A stretch of 64,000 bases of DNA from Verrucomicrobiales bacterium (GTDB taxonomy: Bacteria > Verrucomicrobiota > Verrucomicrobiia > Verrucomicrobiales > DEV007), in NCBI GenBank assembly GCA_018058245.1, contig JAGPCC010000002.1:2643-66642 (forward strand), written 5' to 3'. Every line of letters begins with the position of its first letter. Position 1 is the first letter of the stretch. The position numbers and the translations under genes were made by a program. Shown piece after piece: positions 45,404-56,637 of this stretch. The notes below the pieces were generated by a model. That model was not told the DNA's origin. It saw nothing but the letters and a program-made list of their open reading frames with translations, and made no database searches.

Positions 45404-46237
45404 TCACTCCGCCGACAATTTCAGCACCGAAAAAACCGGACGGTGATCTGAGGCCATCGGTTCGTTAATGACCTTTGTCTCCTCCACCGTGATCTGCTTG
45501 TCAGACCGGTACAAAATATAATCAATACGGGACGTCGGATTCTTCGAGGGCACCGTCGGCGCAGCCTCCTCATCCATCGCATTTGACCACTTCGAAAAAA
45601 GAACCTTCATCGGCTCAGATTCCGGAACGGAATTCATGTCTCCTGCGAGGATGCTCGGGATCGAGTCGCCGTCTGCGGCGAAAAGCTCATTGAGAGCGTG
45701 TGCCTCTTCGATCCTGTCTTCTTCGACATTGTGTTGGAGATGAGTGCTGATGAAGCGGAGCGGTTTTCCATTCGGCCCCTGCACGGTCACGGCAATCGCC
45801 GCTCGCGGGTAGGTTGTCAGCTCCGGGGTCGCTTCCGTATAGGGGAGCGGATGAATGAGTACCTGGAGAATCGGTAAGTTCGTGAGCACCGCGTTTCCGA
45901 AAAGCCCGCCCTCGAAATGCTGCGTGGGACCATATTGCACTTTCAGACCCGTCAGTTCGCCAAGCTTTTGCGCCTGATGTACCTTTCCTGATCGGCGCAC
46001 CACAACATCAACTTCCTGCAGCGCCACGAGGTCGGGTTTAACCGCCTTGATCACTTCGGCGAGCCGCTCCAGATCATAGGCTCCGTCGTTACCCTGCCCA
46101 TAGTGGATGTTGTAACACAGTATTCGCAGGGAGTTGTTTTCTCCAGATTCCTGAGCGGTCGAAAACGAAAGCGGAATCATCGCCGCGAGAACAAACGCGA
46201 GGAAGGGACGGACCAAAGCAAGGAACGGGGATTTCAT
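45404..46237 (-). CDS. Secreted endonuclease/exonuclease/phosphatase-family protein
   Basis: CYNIH, ALQEVD, STHL, AGDMNS, IDYI, SDH. Confidence 0.9.
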   Translation of the reverse strand: MKSPFLALVRPFLAFVLAAMIPLSFSTAQESGENNSLRILCYNIHYGQGNDGAYDLERLAEVIKAVKPDLVALQEVDVVVRRSGKVHQAQKLGELTGLKVQYGPTQHFEGGLFGNAVLTNLPILQVLIHPLPYTEATPELTTYPRAAIAVTVQGPNGKPLRFISTHLQHNVEEDRIEEAHALNELFAADGDSIPSILAGDMNSVPESEPMKVLFSKWSNAMDEEAAPTVPSKNPTSRIDYILYRSDKQITVEETKVINEPMASDHRPVFSVLKLSAE

Positions 46238-46365
46238 TTGTGCTAAATTGTAGAAGAATGTTATTACCTGAAATTTCCTTTTTCAAACCCTTCGTTCCCT
46301 TCTTCCGAAACCAAGGGGCGGTGAGATTTAAGAAGACCGGAGCGTAGAGGGCAAATCGCGCTTAA

Positions 46366-49300
46366 TTACTGTGCGCCTCCGCCGCAATGGGCACGTCGTT
46401 TTACGTAGCGCGGGTGAACCCACCACCAAACTGGAAGACCGAGCACAAGGAGGAAGATTACCGTCGCGGGTTCGGGAACCGCCGTCAGAGTAATGGCCCC
46501 ATTGGTACCATTTCCGTAGTTGATCTGATATCCCGAAATCAGGTCCCCCTCATTCAATCCGGAGAAAAACCCCGTCCGCGAAGAGTAGTTGGCGATCGTA
46601 TAGGTGTTTCCGACGGAAAAATTGCCGGTGGTTACAAGGTTCAATATTGATCCCGAAATCGCAAGAGTTGCTCCGGTACCCTGCACCTGGATGAGATCAC
46701 TCATCATAGTCGTATCCTGCACCAAATTGATCAGCCAGGTCGAACCGCCGGCAGTCGTCAGATCACCCCCAAATGTGAGGGTCCCGACGTCAGTCACGGT
46801 CCCGCCCGTGAGGGTCGCGGTGCCAGCAAGAGAAGTATTTCCCGATATCGTTCCGGTGCCTCCAAGTGTCGCGCCCGCTTCCACCAACACATCTCCGGTT
46901 CCCGTTGCGCTCCCCGTCCCGTTGTTAGCTAACAGTGTTCCTCCCGACACGGTTGTGCCTCCCGTGAAAGTATTTCCGTTCGTCAACAAGGTTGTGCCAC
47001 CCCCCACCTGCAGGACTGAACCGGCACCAGTAATGGCGTTGCCGATCGTCAATGCGTCTGACCGATTGAAGGCGAGGATGGCTCCGTTCGCGACAGTGAT
47101 TGTTCCCGCAGCTGCGATCGATCCCGTTGTTCCTCCTGCACCGATCTGGACCGTTCCTCCGTTGACAATCGTTGGTCCCGTGTAGGTGTTTGTCGCGGAG
47201 AGGATTAACATACCGTCTCCCTCCTTTTTGATTCCATTGTCGAAGCCGGGGGAATTGGAAACCACTCCTCGCAACTCGGCGGAAGTTGCATCAGCGCCTC
47301 CGATTCCGGCCCGTACCGTGAACGTTCTCGTACCGTTAGGAGATCCACTGTTCAGGTTGATCGAGTTGACCAGAACGACCTTGCTGTCCGCAGTGGTCGA
47401 ACCAAAAATGAAGTTGTTCCCGAAGATGGCGAGGGACTGATTTAAGCCAATTTGGGCTCCGGCGCCCCCGAAATTCACGACGAGTTCACCTCCTCTCGCG
47501 GCAAATCCACCGGCCGCGCCCGCAACTTGATTGGCTCCGGGAGTTGTGTTCGAACTGAGGGAGCGGGTGAAACTCCCATTCCCCTGGAGAATTCCGTAGT
47601 TGCCGCTCGATACGACCGAACTTCCCAAAAGCAGGCCGCTATTCGCGCTCAATGCTCCACTGCTGATGGTTCCTACGTCCAGGACACCCGAGTCGATCAC
47701 ATTCGTGAGCCCGGAATACGAATTGTCAGAGGCCGTGAGGAGGAGTGTGCCCGCTCCGGCTTTGGTTAGAGAAAGTCGATTTTCATTGGACCCGCCACCG
47801 CCCAAAGTTCCAGAGAAGGTGCTCGTTCCCGAAGCCAGATTGATCGTGAGTATCGAGTTGCTCGCATTTCCGCCCACGACGCTTCCCCCAGAGCCCGATG
47901 TGGTGAGACTGGTAAGTGTTTGATGTGATACCGTCGCTCCGCCGAGAATGAGTTTTCCGCTAGTCGATGCATCGCCCAGAACGACTCCGCTCGTTCCGTT
48001 GAGCCGATTGTTGCCGCCATCCAGAGTGAGCGAACCGGTTTGAATCCTCGTCTCGCCGGTGTAGCTGGAAACGCCGGTCAAGGTTTGATTACCAGTCCCG
48101 ATCTTCGTGAGATTCATATTTGCCGCTCCATCGGAAATGATTCCGCCGTAGCTTTGACTTACGCCCGCCCCGGGATTCAAGGTCAAGTTAGTGATTCCTC
48201 CGTAGCCGCTGGAAATCGAGGTAGCCAAATTCGTTGATCCTTTCAGCCCCCCAAAGGTGGGAGTCGCGACGCCGAGACTGAGGAATCCGGCCCCGGAGGT
48301 ATCAAATGCACTATTTTGAAGTGCAAGTGCATTGGTCAGAGTCAGGATTCCTCCGTCAATGCGCGAGTCACCCGTGAAAGTATTGCTCCCCGATAAGGTC
48401 CACGTGCCCGTGCCACTTTTCACGAGCGCGATGGCTCCGGAAGACGGATTGCCGATAACACCCGAAATTTCTCCGGTTCCCGCAGTCGATCCCTGAAGGG
48501 TCAGAGTCTTATTACCCGCTCCCGTCGCGGTAAGATTTGAGGTAAACAGAAGCAGTCCCGAGCCTGACTGGTCCAGAGAGGCACCTCCCGTGGTTCCTCC
48601 CATGTCGATGATTCGGTCCGTGGTATTGCCAGCTCCGGTGTAGAGCAGCCGCGCGGAAGTGCCTCCGCTTCCAATTCGGACCGTTCCGTTGGCCGCAGTT
48701 GTCGCAGATCCGAGGGAACTGGTTCCCTCTCCGACATTTCGAATGGTCGAAATGGAGACAGTTCCCCCGTTGATCTGAACCTGTCCGTCGAACGAATTCG
48801 ATGCATTGGAAAGAATGAGCATTCCGTTTCCATTTTTCCGAATTTGAACCGCAGATACGCCGCCTCGAACAACTCCGGTAAATTCTGCGGATGTCGCCGC
48901 TTCCCCCCCGATCCCGGCCACGACGGTTATGGTGCGGCCTCCGGTCGAATTGATGTTCACCCCGTTCTGGAGGATTACTTTGCTGTCTGCTGTTGTGGAT
49001 CCAAAAATAAAATTGTTTCCGAAGACAAAACCACTCGTATTTAGCGCGATTTCCGCCCCAGCACCGCCGAAGTTCACTGTGAGATTTCCGCCTCGGGCGG
49101 CGAATCCCCCCTCCTGCCCCGACACCTGCCCGGCACCGGGAGTCGCATTGGCGCTGAGGGATCGAGTGAAGAGTCCGTTGCCCTGGAGCACTCCACTGCT
49201 ACCGGATGATCCGAGGAAAATTCCACTGCTGTTGCTGATCGCGAGATTGCTGATTGTTCCCACATCGATGACGCCACCCCCGTTAATCGTTGTGAGTCCC

Positions 49301-49656
49301 GTATAGGTGTTCGCGTTGAGAAGAGTCAAAAGCCCCGATCCGCTTTTTGTCAGAGTGCTTCCCGTGCCGGAGATTCCCGTCCCGGTAAACGTGTAGGAAG
49401 CAGAACTGTTTACCACCACAGAACCGGGGGTGATCGCGCTGCTCAGTGTGACCGTCCCGGCACCCGCTCCGAGAAACTGCGCCAGATCCCCGCTCATATA
49501 GGTCGAGCCAGACCAGCTCGTCGCATCCGATTGAGTCCAGATCATATCAGTCGATCCATCCCAGGTTACCGTGGCAGCAAAAACTGCCACAGTCTGGCTG
49601 AGTACAACATAGGACGAGAGGAGGACCGCCAGAACGGATGGGAATCTGCGTTTCAT
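46366..49656 (-). CDS. PEP-CTERM surface protein with autotransporter-associated beta-strand repeats
   Basis: Repeated L-x-K-x-G-x-G-x-L-x-L-x3-NTY/F-T-G-x-T units; C-terminal VPEP plus TM plus basic tail. Confidence 0.9.
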   Translation of the reverse strand: MKRRFPSVLAVLLSSYVVLSQTVAVFAATVTWDGSTDMIWTQSDATSWSGSTYMSGDLAQFLGAGAGTVTLSSAITPGSVVVNSSASYTFTGTGISGTGSTLTKSGSGLLTLLNANTYTGLTTINGGGVIDVGTISNLAISNSSGIFLGSSGSSGVLQGNGLFTRSLSANATPGAGQVSGQEGGFAARGGNLTVNFGGAGAEIALNTSGFVFGNNFIFGSTTADSKVILQNGVNINSTGGRTITVVAGIGGEAATSAEFTGVVRGGVSAVQIRKNGNGMLILSNASNSFDGQVQINGGTVSISTIRNVGEGTSSLGSATTAANGTVRIGSGGTSARLLYTGAGNTTDRIIDMGGTTGGASLDQSGSGLLLFTSNLTATGAGNKTLTLQGSTAGTGEISGVIGNPSSGAIALVKSGTGTWTLSGSNTFTGDSRIDGGILTLTNALALQNSAFDTSGAGFLSLGVATPTFGGLKGSTNLATSISSGYGGITNLTLNPGAGVSQSYGGIISDGAANMNLTKIGTGNQTLTGVSSYTGETRIQTGSLTLDGGNNRLNGTSGVVLGDASTSGKLILGGATVSHQTLTSLTTSGSGGSVVGGNASNSILTINLASGTSTFSGTLGGGGSNENRLSLTKAGAGTLLLTASDNSYSGLTNVIDSGVLDVGTISSGALSANSGLLLGSSVVSSGNYGILQGNGSFTRSLSSNTTPGANQVAGAAGGFAARGGELVVNFGGAGAQIGLNQSLAIFGNNFIFGSTTADSKVVLVNSINLNSGSPNGTRTFTVRAGIGGADATSAELRGVVSNSPGFDNGIKKEGDGMLILSATNTYTGPTIVNGGTVQIGAGGTTGSIAAAGTITVANGAILAFNRSDALTIGNAITGAGSVLQVGGGTTLLTNGNTFTGGTTVSGGTLLANNGTGSATGTGDVLVEAGATLGGTGTISGNTSLAGTATLTGGTVTDVGTLTFGGDLTTAGGSTWLINLVQDTTMMSDLIQVQGTGATLAISGSILNLVTTGNFSVGNTYTIANYSSRTGFFSGLNEGDLISGYQINYGNGTNGAITLTAVPEPATVIFLLVLGLPVWWWVHPRYVKRRAHCGGGAQ

Positions 49657-49945
49657 GGTCCCTCCCACTACGTCTCTAGAACCCGATTTGTCAATGACCC
49701 GAACCTGTACTGGCGATTTGGCCCCTCACGAGCGAATGCCCCGGAAAATAGCGCGGATTCGGTCAAAATTGCATGGTCCCCCGCTCACCCTATCGAAAAA
49801 CAGATTTTTGTCTGGATGGTTTTCTGCCACGGGTTCTCACATACTATTTTTCTCATAGAGTCGGCATTAAGACCTAGTTCGGAAGCCCAATCGGGTAAGT
49901 ACGAAAACTGATCCCACTCCCCCGCGAAGCCCTTTCCCCTTGTCC

Positions 49946-51424
49946 CTACCCCAGAATCCCCGTCACGACATTTGCATTCTCCACGCCGGTCAGTCTTTGT
50001 TCGAGGCCTTGGAACGGATAGGTAAAACGACGGTCATTGACTCCCATGCAGTGGAGAATGGTAGCGTTGAGATCATTGAGATGAACGGGATTTTCGACGG
50101 CATTATAGCTGAACTCATCGGTCTCCCCATAGGTGATGCCGCCTTTCACGCCACCTCCGGCCATCCACATGCAGAAGTTCTTGGGGTGATGATCCCGCCC
50201 ATAGTTCTCTTTCGTGAGAGTGCCCTGGGAATACACGGTCCGGCCGAACTCGCCTCCGAAAACGACGAGGGTATCTTCCAGTAGCCCACGCAGTTTCAGA
50301 TCTTTGATCAGGGCGGCGGTCGGTTGATCAACGTCCCGACACTGACCGGCGATGAGCTTTGGCAGGCTCCCGTGCTGATCCCATCCCCGATGCAGAATCT
50401 GCACGGTGCGGACACCCCGCTCGGCGAGCCTACGGGCCATGATCGCACTGTGGGCATAACTCCCCGGAGTCTTCACGTCGGGCCCATACATTTCGAGAGT
50501 GGCCGCACTCTCGCCGCTGAGATCGGTGAGTTCGGGGACACTGGATTGCATGCGGAAGGCCATTTCATATTGAGAAATGCGGGTCTGGGTTTCGGGATCA
50601 CCGAGCCGTTCGTAATTCCGCTGATTCAAGCGTCCGAGGGCGTCGAGCATCGTGCGTCTGTCATCCCGGTTCACTCCCGGAGGATTTTTCACGTACAGGA
50701 CCGGGTCCCCGGAGCCCCGCAGGGCGACTCCGTCGTATTTGGTAGGGAGGAATCCACTGCTCCACATGCGAGTGAAGAGGGCCTGCGCCTGACTCTCTTT
50801 CGGAAAAGTCGGAGTAAAAACGACAAAGGCGGGCAGGTCATTGCTCTCGCTCCCGAGCCCGTAACTGATCCAGGAACCGAGACTCGGTTTTCCGGGAATT
50901 TCACTGCCAGTCATGACAAAAGTACAGGCCGGATCGTGATTGATCGCGTCGGTATGCACGGTTTTGATCATCGCGATGTCGTCGGCGATCCCCTGCATGT
51001 GCGGCACGAGATCACTCATCCACATCCCGCTTTTGCCACACTGTTTGAATCCGAAAATGCTCGGTGCGACAGGCAGTCTCGCCTGGCCGCTAGTCATCGT
51101 GGTGATTCGCTGCCCTTTCCGGATGGACTCGGGGAGGTCAGTGTCGAATAACTTCTGCAGCCCGGGTTTGTAGTCAAAGAGGTCGAGCTGCGACGGTGCC
51201 CCGTTCATGTGCAGATAGATGAGCCGTTTTGCTTTCGGGGCAAAGTTCGGGAAATTCGGCAGGGCGGGATGCACCTGATCCGAAATCTGAACCCCTCCGA
51301 CCGAAGAGCCAAAAGCCTTGCGACCCATGAGGGAGGCAAGGGCAACTCCTCCGACTTTGAGACCGGCTCCTTCAAAAAAGCGACGACGTGTGAGGGCTTC
51401 GTGAAATTCGATGGCGGGATTCAT
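49946..51424 (-). CDS. DUF1501 domain protein (Tat-exported, sulfatase-like)
   Basis: [42 protein letters not shown]. Confidence 0.93.
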   Translation of the reverse strand: MNPAIEFHEALTRRRFFEGAGLKVGGVALASLMGRKAFGSSVGGVQISDQVHPALPNFPNFAPKAKRLIYLHMNGAPSQLDLFDYKPGLQKLFDTDLPESIRKGQRITTMTSGQARLPVAPSIFGFKQCGKSGMWMSDLVPHMQGIADDIAMIKTVHTDAINHDPACTFVMTGSEIPGKPSLGSWISYGLGSESNDLPAFVVFTPTFPKESQAQALFTRMWSSGFLPTKYDGVALRGSGDPVLYVKNPPGVNRDDRRTMLDALGRLNQRNYERLGDPETQTRISQYEMAFRMQSSVPELTDLSGESAATLEMYGPDVKTPGSYAHSAIMARRLAERGVRTVQILHRGWDQHGSLPKLIAGQCRDVDQPTAALIKDLKLRGLLEDTLVVFGGEFGRTVYSQGTLTKENYGRDHHPKNFCMWMAGGGVKGGITYGETDEFSYNAVENPVHLNDLNATILHCMGVNDRRFTYPFQGLEQRLTGVENANVVTGILG

Positions 51425-51427
51425 GAC

Positions 51428-54400
51428 TTAATTCTTCGCCACCACCTCATCCAGGTTCAGCAGGAGGTTGGCGACGAGAGTGTAAGCGGCCAGTTCCGCC
51501 GATTCGACCGAGGTGTCTGCGACCGTTTCCCCGTATTGGATCAGCTCTTTTGCTGCGACCGGGTCGGAATCGTAGCGATTTTGATGCTGAGTCAGGGCAT
51601 TCATCACGGTCTCGATTTCCTCCGCTTCGGGAAAACGAGCCGTCACGACCCTCCATCCCCAGCGGATGCGTTCCTCGGGAGTCGTTCCGCCTTCTTTGAG
51701 GATACGCGCCGCGAACTGTCTTGCTGCTTCAATGTGCTGAATGTCATTCATCAGCTGCAGGGCCTGCAGCGGAGTATTGCTCCGTCCACGAACCGCGCAG
51801 CTCTGCTCCCGATTCGGGGCATCAAAGGAAGACATGAACGGCGGTGGTGCGGTGCGCTTGAGGAACGTGTAGAGGCTCCGCCGATAGAGCGCCTCACCGG
51901 TCTCCTGAACGTATTTCATGGTATTGCTGCCGCCGAATGCGACCGGCTCCCAAATGTTCGGTGGTTGATAGGGTTTCACGCCCTTCCCACCTATCGTGGG
52001 AACCAGCAAGCCGCTCACAAACAAAGCCTGGTCCCGCAGTACTTCGGCATCGAGACGCAGTCGCGGCCCCCGAGCGAGAAGCCGGTTCTCGGGGTCGCGT
52101 TCATTCAAGGCCGGAGAGACGGCGGCGCTCTGGCGGTAGGCGTGAGAGGTCACGATGCGCCGTACGAGATGCTTCATGTCCCAGCCGTCTTCGACAAACT
52201 GGAGAGCGAGCCAGTCGAGCAGTTCCGGATGAACCGGCGGTTCGCCCTGAGAACCGAAATCCATGCTCGATTTCACTATCCCCGTGCCGAAAAACTGCTG
52301 CCAGAATCGATTCACGGTCACCCGAGCGGTGAGAGGGTGATCCCCGCTGACCAACCAGTTCGCGAGATCGAGTCGATTGTACTCCCGGTCCTCCGGTTTT
52401 GCGGGGAGCGGTGGTAAAAAGGAGGGCACTCCGCGCGAGACTTTTTCGCCCGGTTGATCGTACTGCCCGCGCACCATCACGAAACTCTCGCGGGGGGTCG
52501 GCAAATCCGCCATCACCAGGGTGATCGGAGTCGCTTTTTCAATTTTCTCCTTTTCCTGCGTCAGAGGAGATTTCTCCCGATGCAGCGGAGCTACGATTTC
52601 GCTCGCACCCAGGTAGACATTTGCGAGCCAAAACTCGTAGACTGATTTGCGCTCCGCCTCGCTCCATTGCTCAGGTTTTTTCCCTCGCACGAGGTCACGG
52701 AGTTTTTCGGGGAGTTCCTCGTTGCGTTTCCCTTGCTTCTGCTCTTTCCAGACCTTCCAGGACCAGGTGGGATCTTTCGAAGGATTCACTTCAGCACTCA
52801 TCCCGAGCTGATCCCAAGTGACCGTACCCCCAAATTGGGTGAATGCATATCCCCCCACTTTGGTGCCCGCCTTCATTCCAAATTTCTTCACCGGCACCTC
52901 GAGACGTACCCATTCGCCGGTCTTTGGCAAGGGTCCCATGACGAGTTTTTCAGCGGTTCCCGTTCTGCCAAAATTGATTTTTGCTTCGTTCCCCCACAGA
53001 GCACGATGACTCCAGCCTCCGGTGTGAAACTGGATCATGATCGCCTGCGGCGGATTGGCCGGATCGAGGTAGGCATATACAAAGAAGACTCCGTTCGCAG
53101 GCACATCGAAACTTTTCCCTCCGGAAAAGAAGTCCTGCGCGATAGCCTCGCCCGCCGTGCGGATGAGGGCACGTTCCCCGCTGTAGACGGGGCCTTCTCC
53201 CTTTTTCACCCACCGGAGCGGTGCCCCGAGAGTCTGCGGAGACGTCCCGTTCGGGAAATCATCCTCAAACCAAACGGTCTCGGACTGGGTGACGGCGGGA
53301 GGCGGGGTGATCGAAGCCGGATCGGTATATTGCAGCCCGGCCAGAGTCGTTGCAATGCGGGCATCAACGGCTGCGATTTTTTGATCCAACTCCTTCAGTC
53401 GTTTGCCATCAACTTCAGTCGTGAGTTGCAAAATGGGTGGCGTGTCGATCACATTTCCGTCCATCGCCGGATCGGCCGCACTGTGGAAAAAGGCATAGAA
53501 CGAATAATAATCCTTCGCTGAAATAGGGTCGAATTTGTGATCGTGGCAGACCGCGCAGCCGGCAGTGAGTCCCATCCAGACCTCCACGGCCGTCGTGGTC
53601 CGATCGACCGCATACCGGTAGGTCCACTCCTCGGCGATACTGCCACCCTCGCTCGTGGTCACATTGCAGCGGTTGAAGCCAGTGGCGATGAGCTGGTCCC
53701 GCGTCGGGTTCTTGAGCAGATCACCTGCCAGTTGCCAGCGAGTGAATTCATCAAAAGGCACATTTTCATTGAGGGCTTTCACGACCCAGTCGCGATAGGG
53801 CCACATCGACCGCTCATTATCAAGGTGCAACCCGTGCGTGTCGCCGTAACGAGCGAGATCAAGCCAATACCGGGCGAAGTGCTCGCCATAGGTGAGACGG
53901 CTCTGGAGACCTTCGACCAATCTCTCGTAGGCTTCCGAGGAGGAATCCGCGAGGAAGGCATCCACCTCCTCCGGGGTCGGCGGTAGCCCCGTGAGATCGA
54001 GGGTGACTCGACGGATCAGGGTTTCTTTATCCGCTACGGAAGCAGGCTCTAGGCCCTCCGTTTTCAACCGATCCTGTAAAAAACCATCAATGGGATTCCC
54101 AGAGGCAGGAGTGATTCCGGGGCTTGTCTTCACTGGAGGAACAAAGGCCCAGTGCTTCTCATACGCCGCCCCTTCCGCAATCCACTGACGGATGAGTTTT
54201 TTCTCGGGGCCCGTAAGCGCCCGATGAAAATCGGGGGGAGGCATCATTTCGTCCTCGTCGTCGGAGAGGATGCGCACCCATGCTTCACTCGCCTCGGGAT
54301 CTTTTGCGACGATCGCTTGGTAGCCACCGAGATCTGCAGAGGCACCTTCCGGAACATCAAGTCGCAGATCGGCCTTCCGCTTTTTCGCGTCAAACCCGTG

Positions 54401-54529
54401 ACAGGCAAAGCAGGTATCCGAAAGGATCGGGCGAATATCTCGGTTGAATGAAATCTCCCCGCCGCGCCCCGAGGTGGGAATGCCGACAAAGAGGACCGTG
54501 AAAATGAGAACTGTTTTCGAAAAACTCAT
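51428..54529 (-). CDS. Planctomycete cytochrome c / DUF1549 (PSCyt2) / DUF1553 (PSD1) protein
   Basis: FNRDIRPILSDTCFACHG, CAVCHDHKFDP, TARVTVNRFWQQFFG, NTPLQAL. Confidence 0.93.
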   Translation of the reverse strand: MSFSKTVLIFTVLFVGIPTSGRGGEISFNRDIRPILSDTCFACHGFDAKKRKADLRLDVPEGASADLGGYQAIVAKDPEASEAWVRILSDDEDEMMPPPDFHRALTGPEKKLIRQWIAEGAAYEKHWAFVPPVKTSPGITPASGNPIDGFLQDRLKTEGLEPASVADKETLIRRVTLDLTGLPPTPEEVDAFLADSSSEAYERLVEGLQSRLTYGEHFARYWLDLARYGDTHGLHLDNERSMWPYRDWVVKALNENVPFDEFTRWQLAGDLLKNPTRDQLIATGFNRCNVTTSEGGSIAEEWTYRYAVDRTTTAVEVWMGLTAGCAVCHDHKFDPISAKDYYSFYAFFHSAADPAMDGNVIDTPPILQLTTEVDGKRLKELDQKIAAVDARIATTLAGLQYTDPASITPPPAVTQSETVWFEDDFPNGTSPQTLGAPLRWVKKGEGPVYSGERALIRTAGEAIAQDFFSGGKSFDVPANGVFFVYAYLDPANPPQAIMIQFHTGGWSHRALWGNEAKINFGRTGTAEKLVMGPLPKTGEWVRLEVPVKKFGMKAGTKVGGYAFTQFGGTVTWDQLGMSAEVNPSKDPTWSWKVWKEQKQGKRNEELPEKLRDLVRGKKPEQWSEAERKSVYEFWLANVYLGASEIVAPLHREKSPLTQEKEKIEKATPITLVMADLPTPRESFVMVRGQYDQPGEKVSRGVPSFLPPLPAKPEDREYNRLDLANWLVSGDHPLTARVTVNRFWQQFFGTGIVKSSMDFGSQGEPPVHPELLDWLALQFVEDGWDMKHLVRRIVTSHAYRQSAAVSPALNERDPENRLLARGPRLRLDAEVLRDQALFVSGLLVPTIGGKGVKPYQPPNIWEPVAFGGSNTMKYVQETGEALYRRSLYTFLKRTAPPPFMSSFDAPNREQSCAVRGRSNTPLQALQLMNDIQHIEAARQFAARILKEGGTTPEERIRWGWRVVTARFPEAEEIETVMNALTQHQNRYDSDPVAAKELIQYGETVADTSVESAELAAYTLVANLLLNLDEVVAKN

Positions 54530-54725
54530 CGGATCGTTTCTGGATAGAGGCAAAGAGGGTCTGCTGGCAGACTCTACCCTTCTATCTGATGGAACAACGA
54601 TACTCGTTTTTCTATCCCCGGTTCAAGGCGTGATTCCGGTAATTCAAGGATCAAACATCAGGCAATATCCGGCCCACACGTCTTTCCCTGGTCTGATTGG
54701 GGCTTCCGGCCAGCGCCAGAAACAC

Positions 54726-55961
54726 TCAGTTAGGCGCGAGTTCCGTTTTTTCGGGGAAGTCGAGCTTCTCAAGAGTCGCACCCACCGCACTTTCTACCAC
54801 GGCACCAATTCTTCCTCCGTATTCAAAAACCAGAACAAATGTGGAGTACTTTTTCTCTTTTAATTTTCCATCCAACGCAAAGAACACTGGATGCCACTGA
54901 TCATCGGCAATGTTGGGTCTACCCAGATATGTCCCATCTTTCACTTCGGAAGTCGAGGGGCGCTCCCGAGAATCAACCATGCGACCGCTGTCGTCGAAGA
55001 CGTAGAGTTTTACGCTTCCCTCGCCCGGCTTGATCTCTCCTTTGGCACGGACTTCTGCCGTTATGCAGGGGCGCCCTCGATTGTAATCACCGTCAAAGAC
55101 CATGGACAAGTCATTGGTTCCCTGTCGGAGTCTCCGAATCTCCAGTTCCACGTTCAAAGGAGTTTCACTACCGGCCGTGGCGGGAGTATCACTTCCGGTG
55201 TAGCCCGGAAAAACATACTTCTTTTCGTCAAAATCGAGCCCCTCATAGTTCGACCCTGGCATCGTTTTCACCGCGAAATCCTCCCCGGTTCCGAAAGTAA
55301 TCAAAACGGTGGACCATTTACTCTCTTCCAGAAACGGAGTGAGGGGAAAATAGACTTCGAATGTTTCCCCCTTTTTGAAAAATTCGGGCAATTTGACATA
55401 ATTCTGATTCTCGTCCTGCCTGCGAGGAGGTTTGTCGACTTTTTCCAAGAGTTTCCCTTCGCGGTCATAAAAGTAGGCTTTGACGTTTCCAGACGACACC
55501 CCGCTACTCCCTTTGAATTGGACTTTTGCCTCAATGCACTTCCCTCGATACTCCCATCCGGTTTGGGTCGAGACGTATCCCGGGGCGTTTTCCCGACTTA
55601 TGCCTCGTATGACATAGAGATCCGATTCTTTGGGACTGTTCCAATCGATACTGGCATTGGCATTGCTCTTGTTCTGCGGCATCACTCCTCGAGCAAAGGT
55701 TGCATCGGCTGGACTGAGTTTTGCGATCGGATACGGGACGCTTCGACCATCCTCCATTCGCAACAACAATGTATCTGCATCGCTGAAGCCTGCGAGACTC
55801 GCCCGGATTTTTCGTCCCGTCAGATCGGTCCACTCGCGTACCTCACCTTGGGAGGATTTGACTCCGGCACCGGCGGCATCTTGCGACAGTAATGAGGAGG
55901 GCTCTCCACCATTAAAAAGAACTAGTGCACCGACCGCTGCCGTCCAAGAAGTGACTTTCAT
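54726..55961 (-). CDS. Secreted SHD1-domain protein with two tandem copies of an unknown domain
   Basis: REWTDLTGRKIRA...LSPADATF SHD1-like module, followed by two ~150-aa similar units. Confidence 0.65.
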   Translation of the reverse strand: MKVTSWTAAVGALVLFNGGEPSSLLSQDAAGAGVKSSQGEVREWTDLTGRKIRASLAGFSDADTLLLRMEDGRSVPYPIAKLSPADATFARGVMPQNKSNANASIDWNSPKESDLYVIRGISRENAPGYVSTQTGWEYRGKCIEAKVQFKGSSGVSSGNVKAYFYDREGKLLEKVDKPPRRQDENQNYVKLPEFFKKGETFEVYFPLTPFLEESKWSTVLITFGTGEDFAVKTMPGSNYEGLDFDEKKYVFPGYTGSDTPATAGSETPLNVELEIRRLRQGTNDLSMVFDGDYNRGRPCITAEVRAKGEIKPGEGSVKLYVFDDSGRMVDSRERPSTSEVKDGTYLGRPNIADDQWHPVFFALDGKLKEKKYSTFVLVFEYGGRIGAVVESAVGATLEKLDFPEKTELAPN

Positions 55962-56048
55962 GCCCTTCAGTATTCTCAAATGAATTTCGAAGTCAATTCA
56001 AATCAGATTTGCCCCAAAAAACCAGCTGGATCTACAGATGTTTTCAAT

Positions 56049-56083
56049 AAAAAAAGGCGACGCCGTACAACGTCACCTTTTTT
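56049..56083. terminator. Bidirectional-type hairpin downstream of the RidA-family gene
   Basis: A7-GGCGACG...CGTCACC-T6. Confidence 0.6.
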
Positions 56084-56118
56084 GGAAATAGTTCGCGTAA
56101 AACGAGGAAGGAGCCTGC

Positions 56119-56556
56119 TTAGAGAATCTCAAAAATCGCTTCCACTTCAACGGCGGCACCGGTAGGGAGCGCTGCAAATCCCAGCGCACTCCGGGCATGG
56201 AAACCGTCACCCTCTTTGTCGAAGAGTTCGTGAATGAGATCCGAAGCACCATTAATGACGAGATGTTGATCGGTAAAATCCCCTGTAGAATAGACACATC
56301 CGAGCAACTTGATCACACGGAGCCCGTCGAGAGTGCCATGGGTACTGTGAACGGAACGGAGGATCTTTTCGCAGCAATTTTTTGCGGCTGCATATCCTTC
56401 TTCGACTGTGAGATTCTTCCCGAGAACTCCTTTTTGATCGCTGACATGACCGGAAGTGATGAGTTGATTCCCGCTGCGGATACAAAGATTGAGGTATCCG
56501 GGAGTCTGAGGGGACAAATCGATTCCGAGGGCAATGGCTTTTTTCTCTGCTGACAT
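56119..56556 (-). CDS. RidA/YjgF family protein
   Basis: LITSGH, INGASDL, HARSALG..LP.GAAVEVE. Confidence 0.88.
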   Translation of the reverse strand: MSAEKKAIALGIDLSPQTPGYLNLCIRSGNQLITSGHVSDQKGVLGKNLTVEEGYAAAKNCCEKILRSVHSTHGTLDGLRVIKLLGCVYSTGDFTDQHLVINGASDLIHELFDKEGDGFHARSALGFAALPTGAAVEVEAIFEIL

Positions 56557-56637
56557 AGTGAGGTGTTTATAGTCGCTCTCGTGCGATTTTCCAACGGAAG
56601 GTTCCTCGATTTCAGATTTTTCTGAGAACCGGCACGG

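Noticed and set aside
46366-49656. Type V autotransporter
   Set aside because: No C-terminal beta-barrel; it ends in a PEP-CTERM sorting signal.
49946-54529. DUF1501/PSD1 pair as a novel system
   Set aside because: Highly paralogous standard PVC gene pair.
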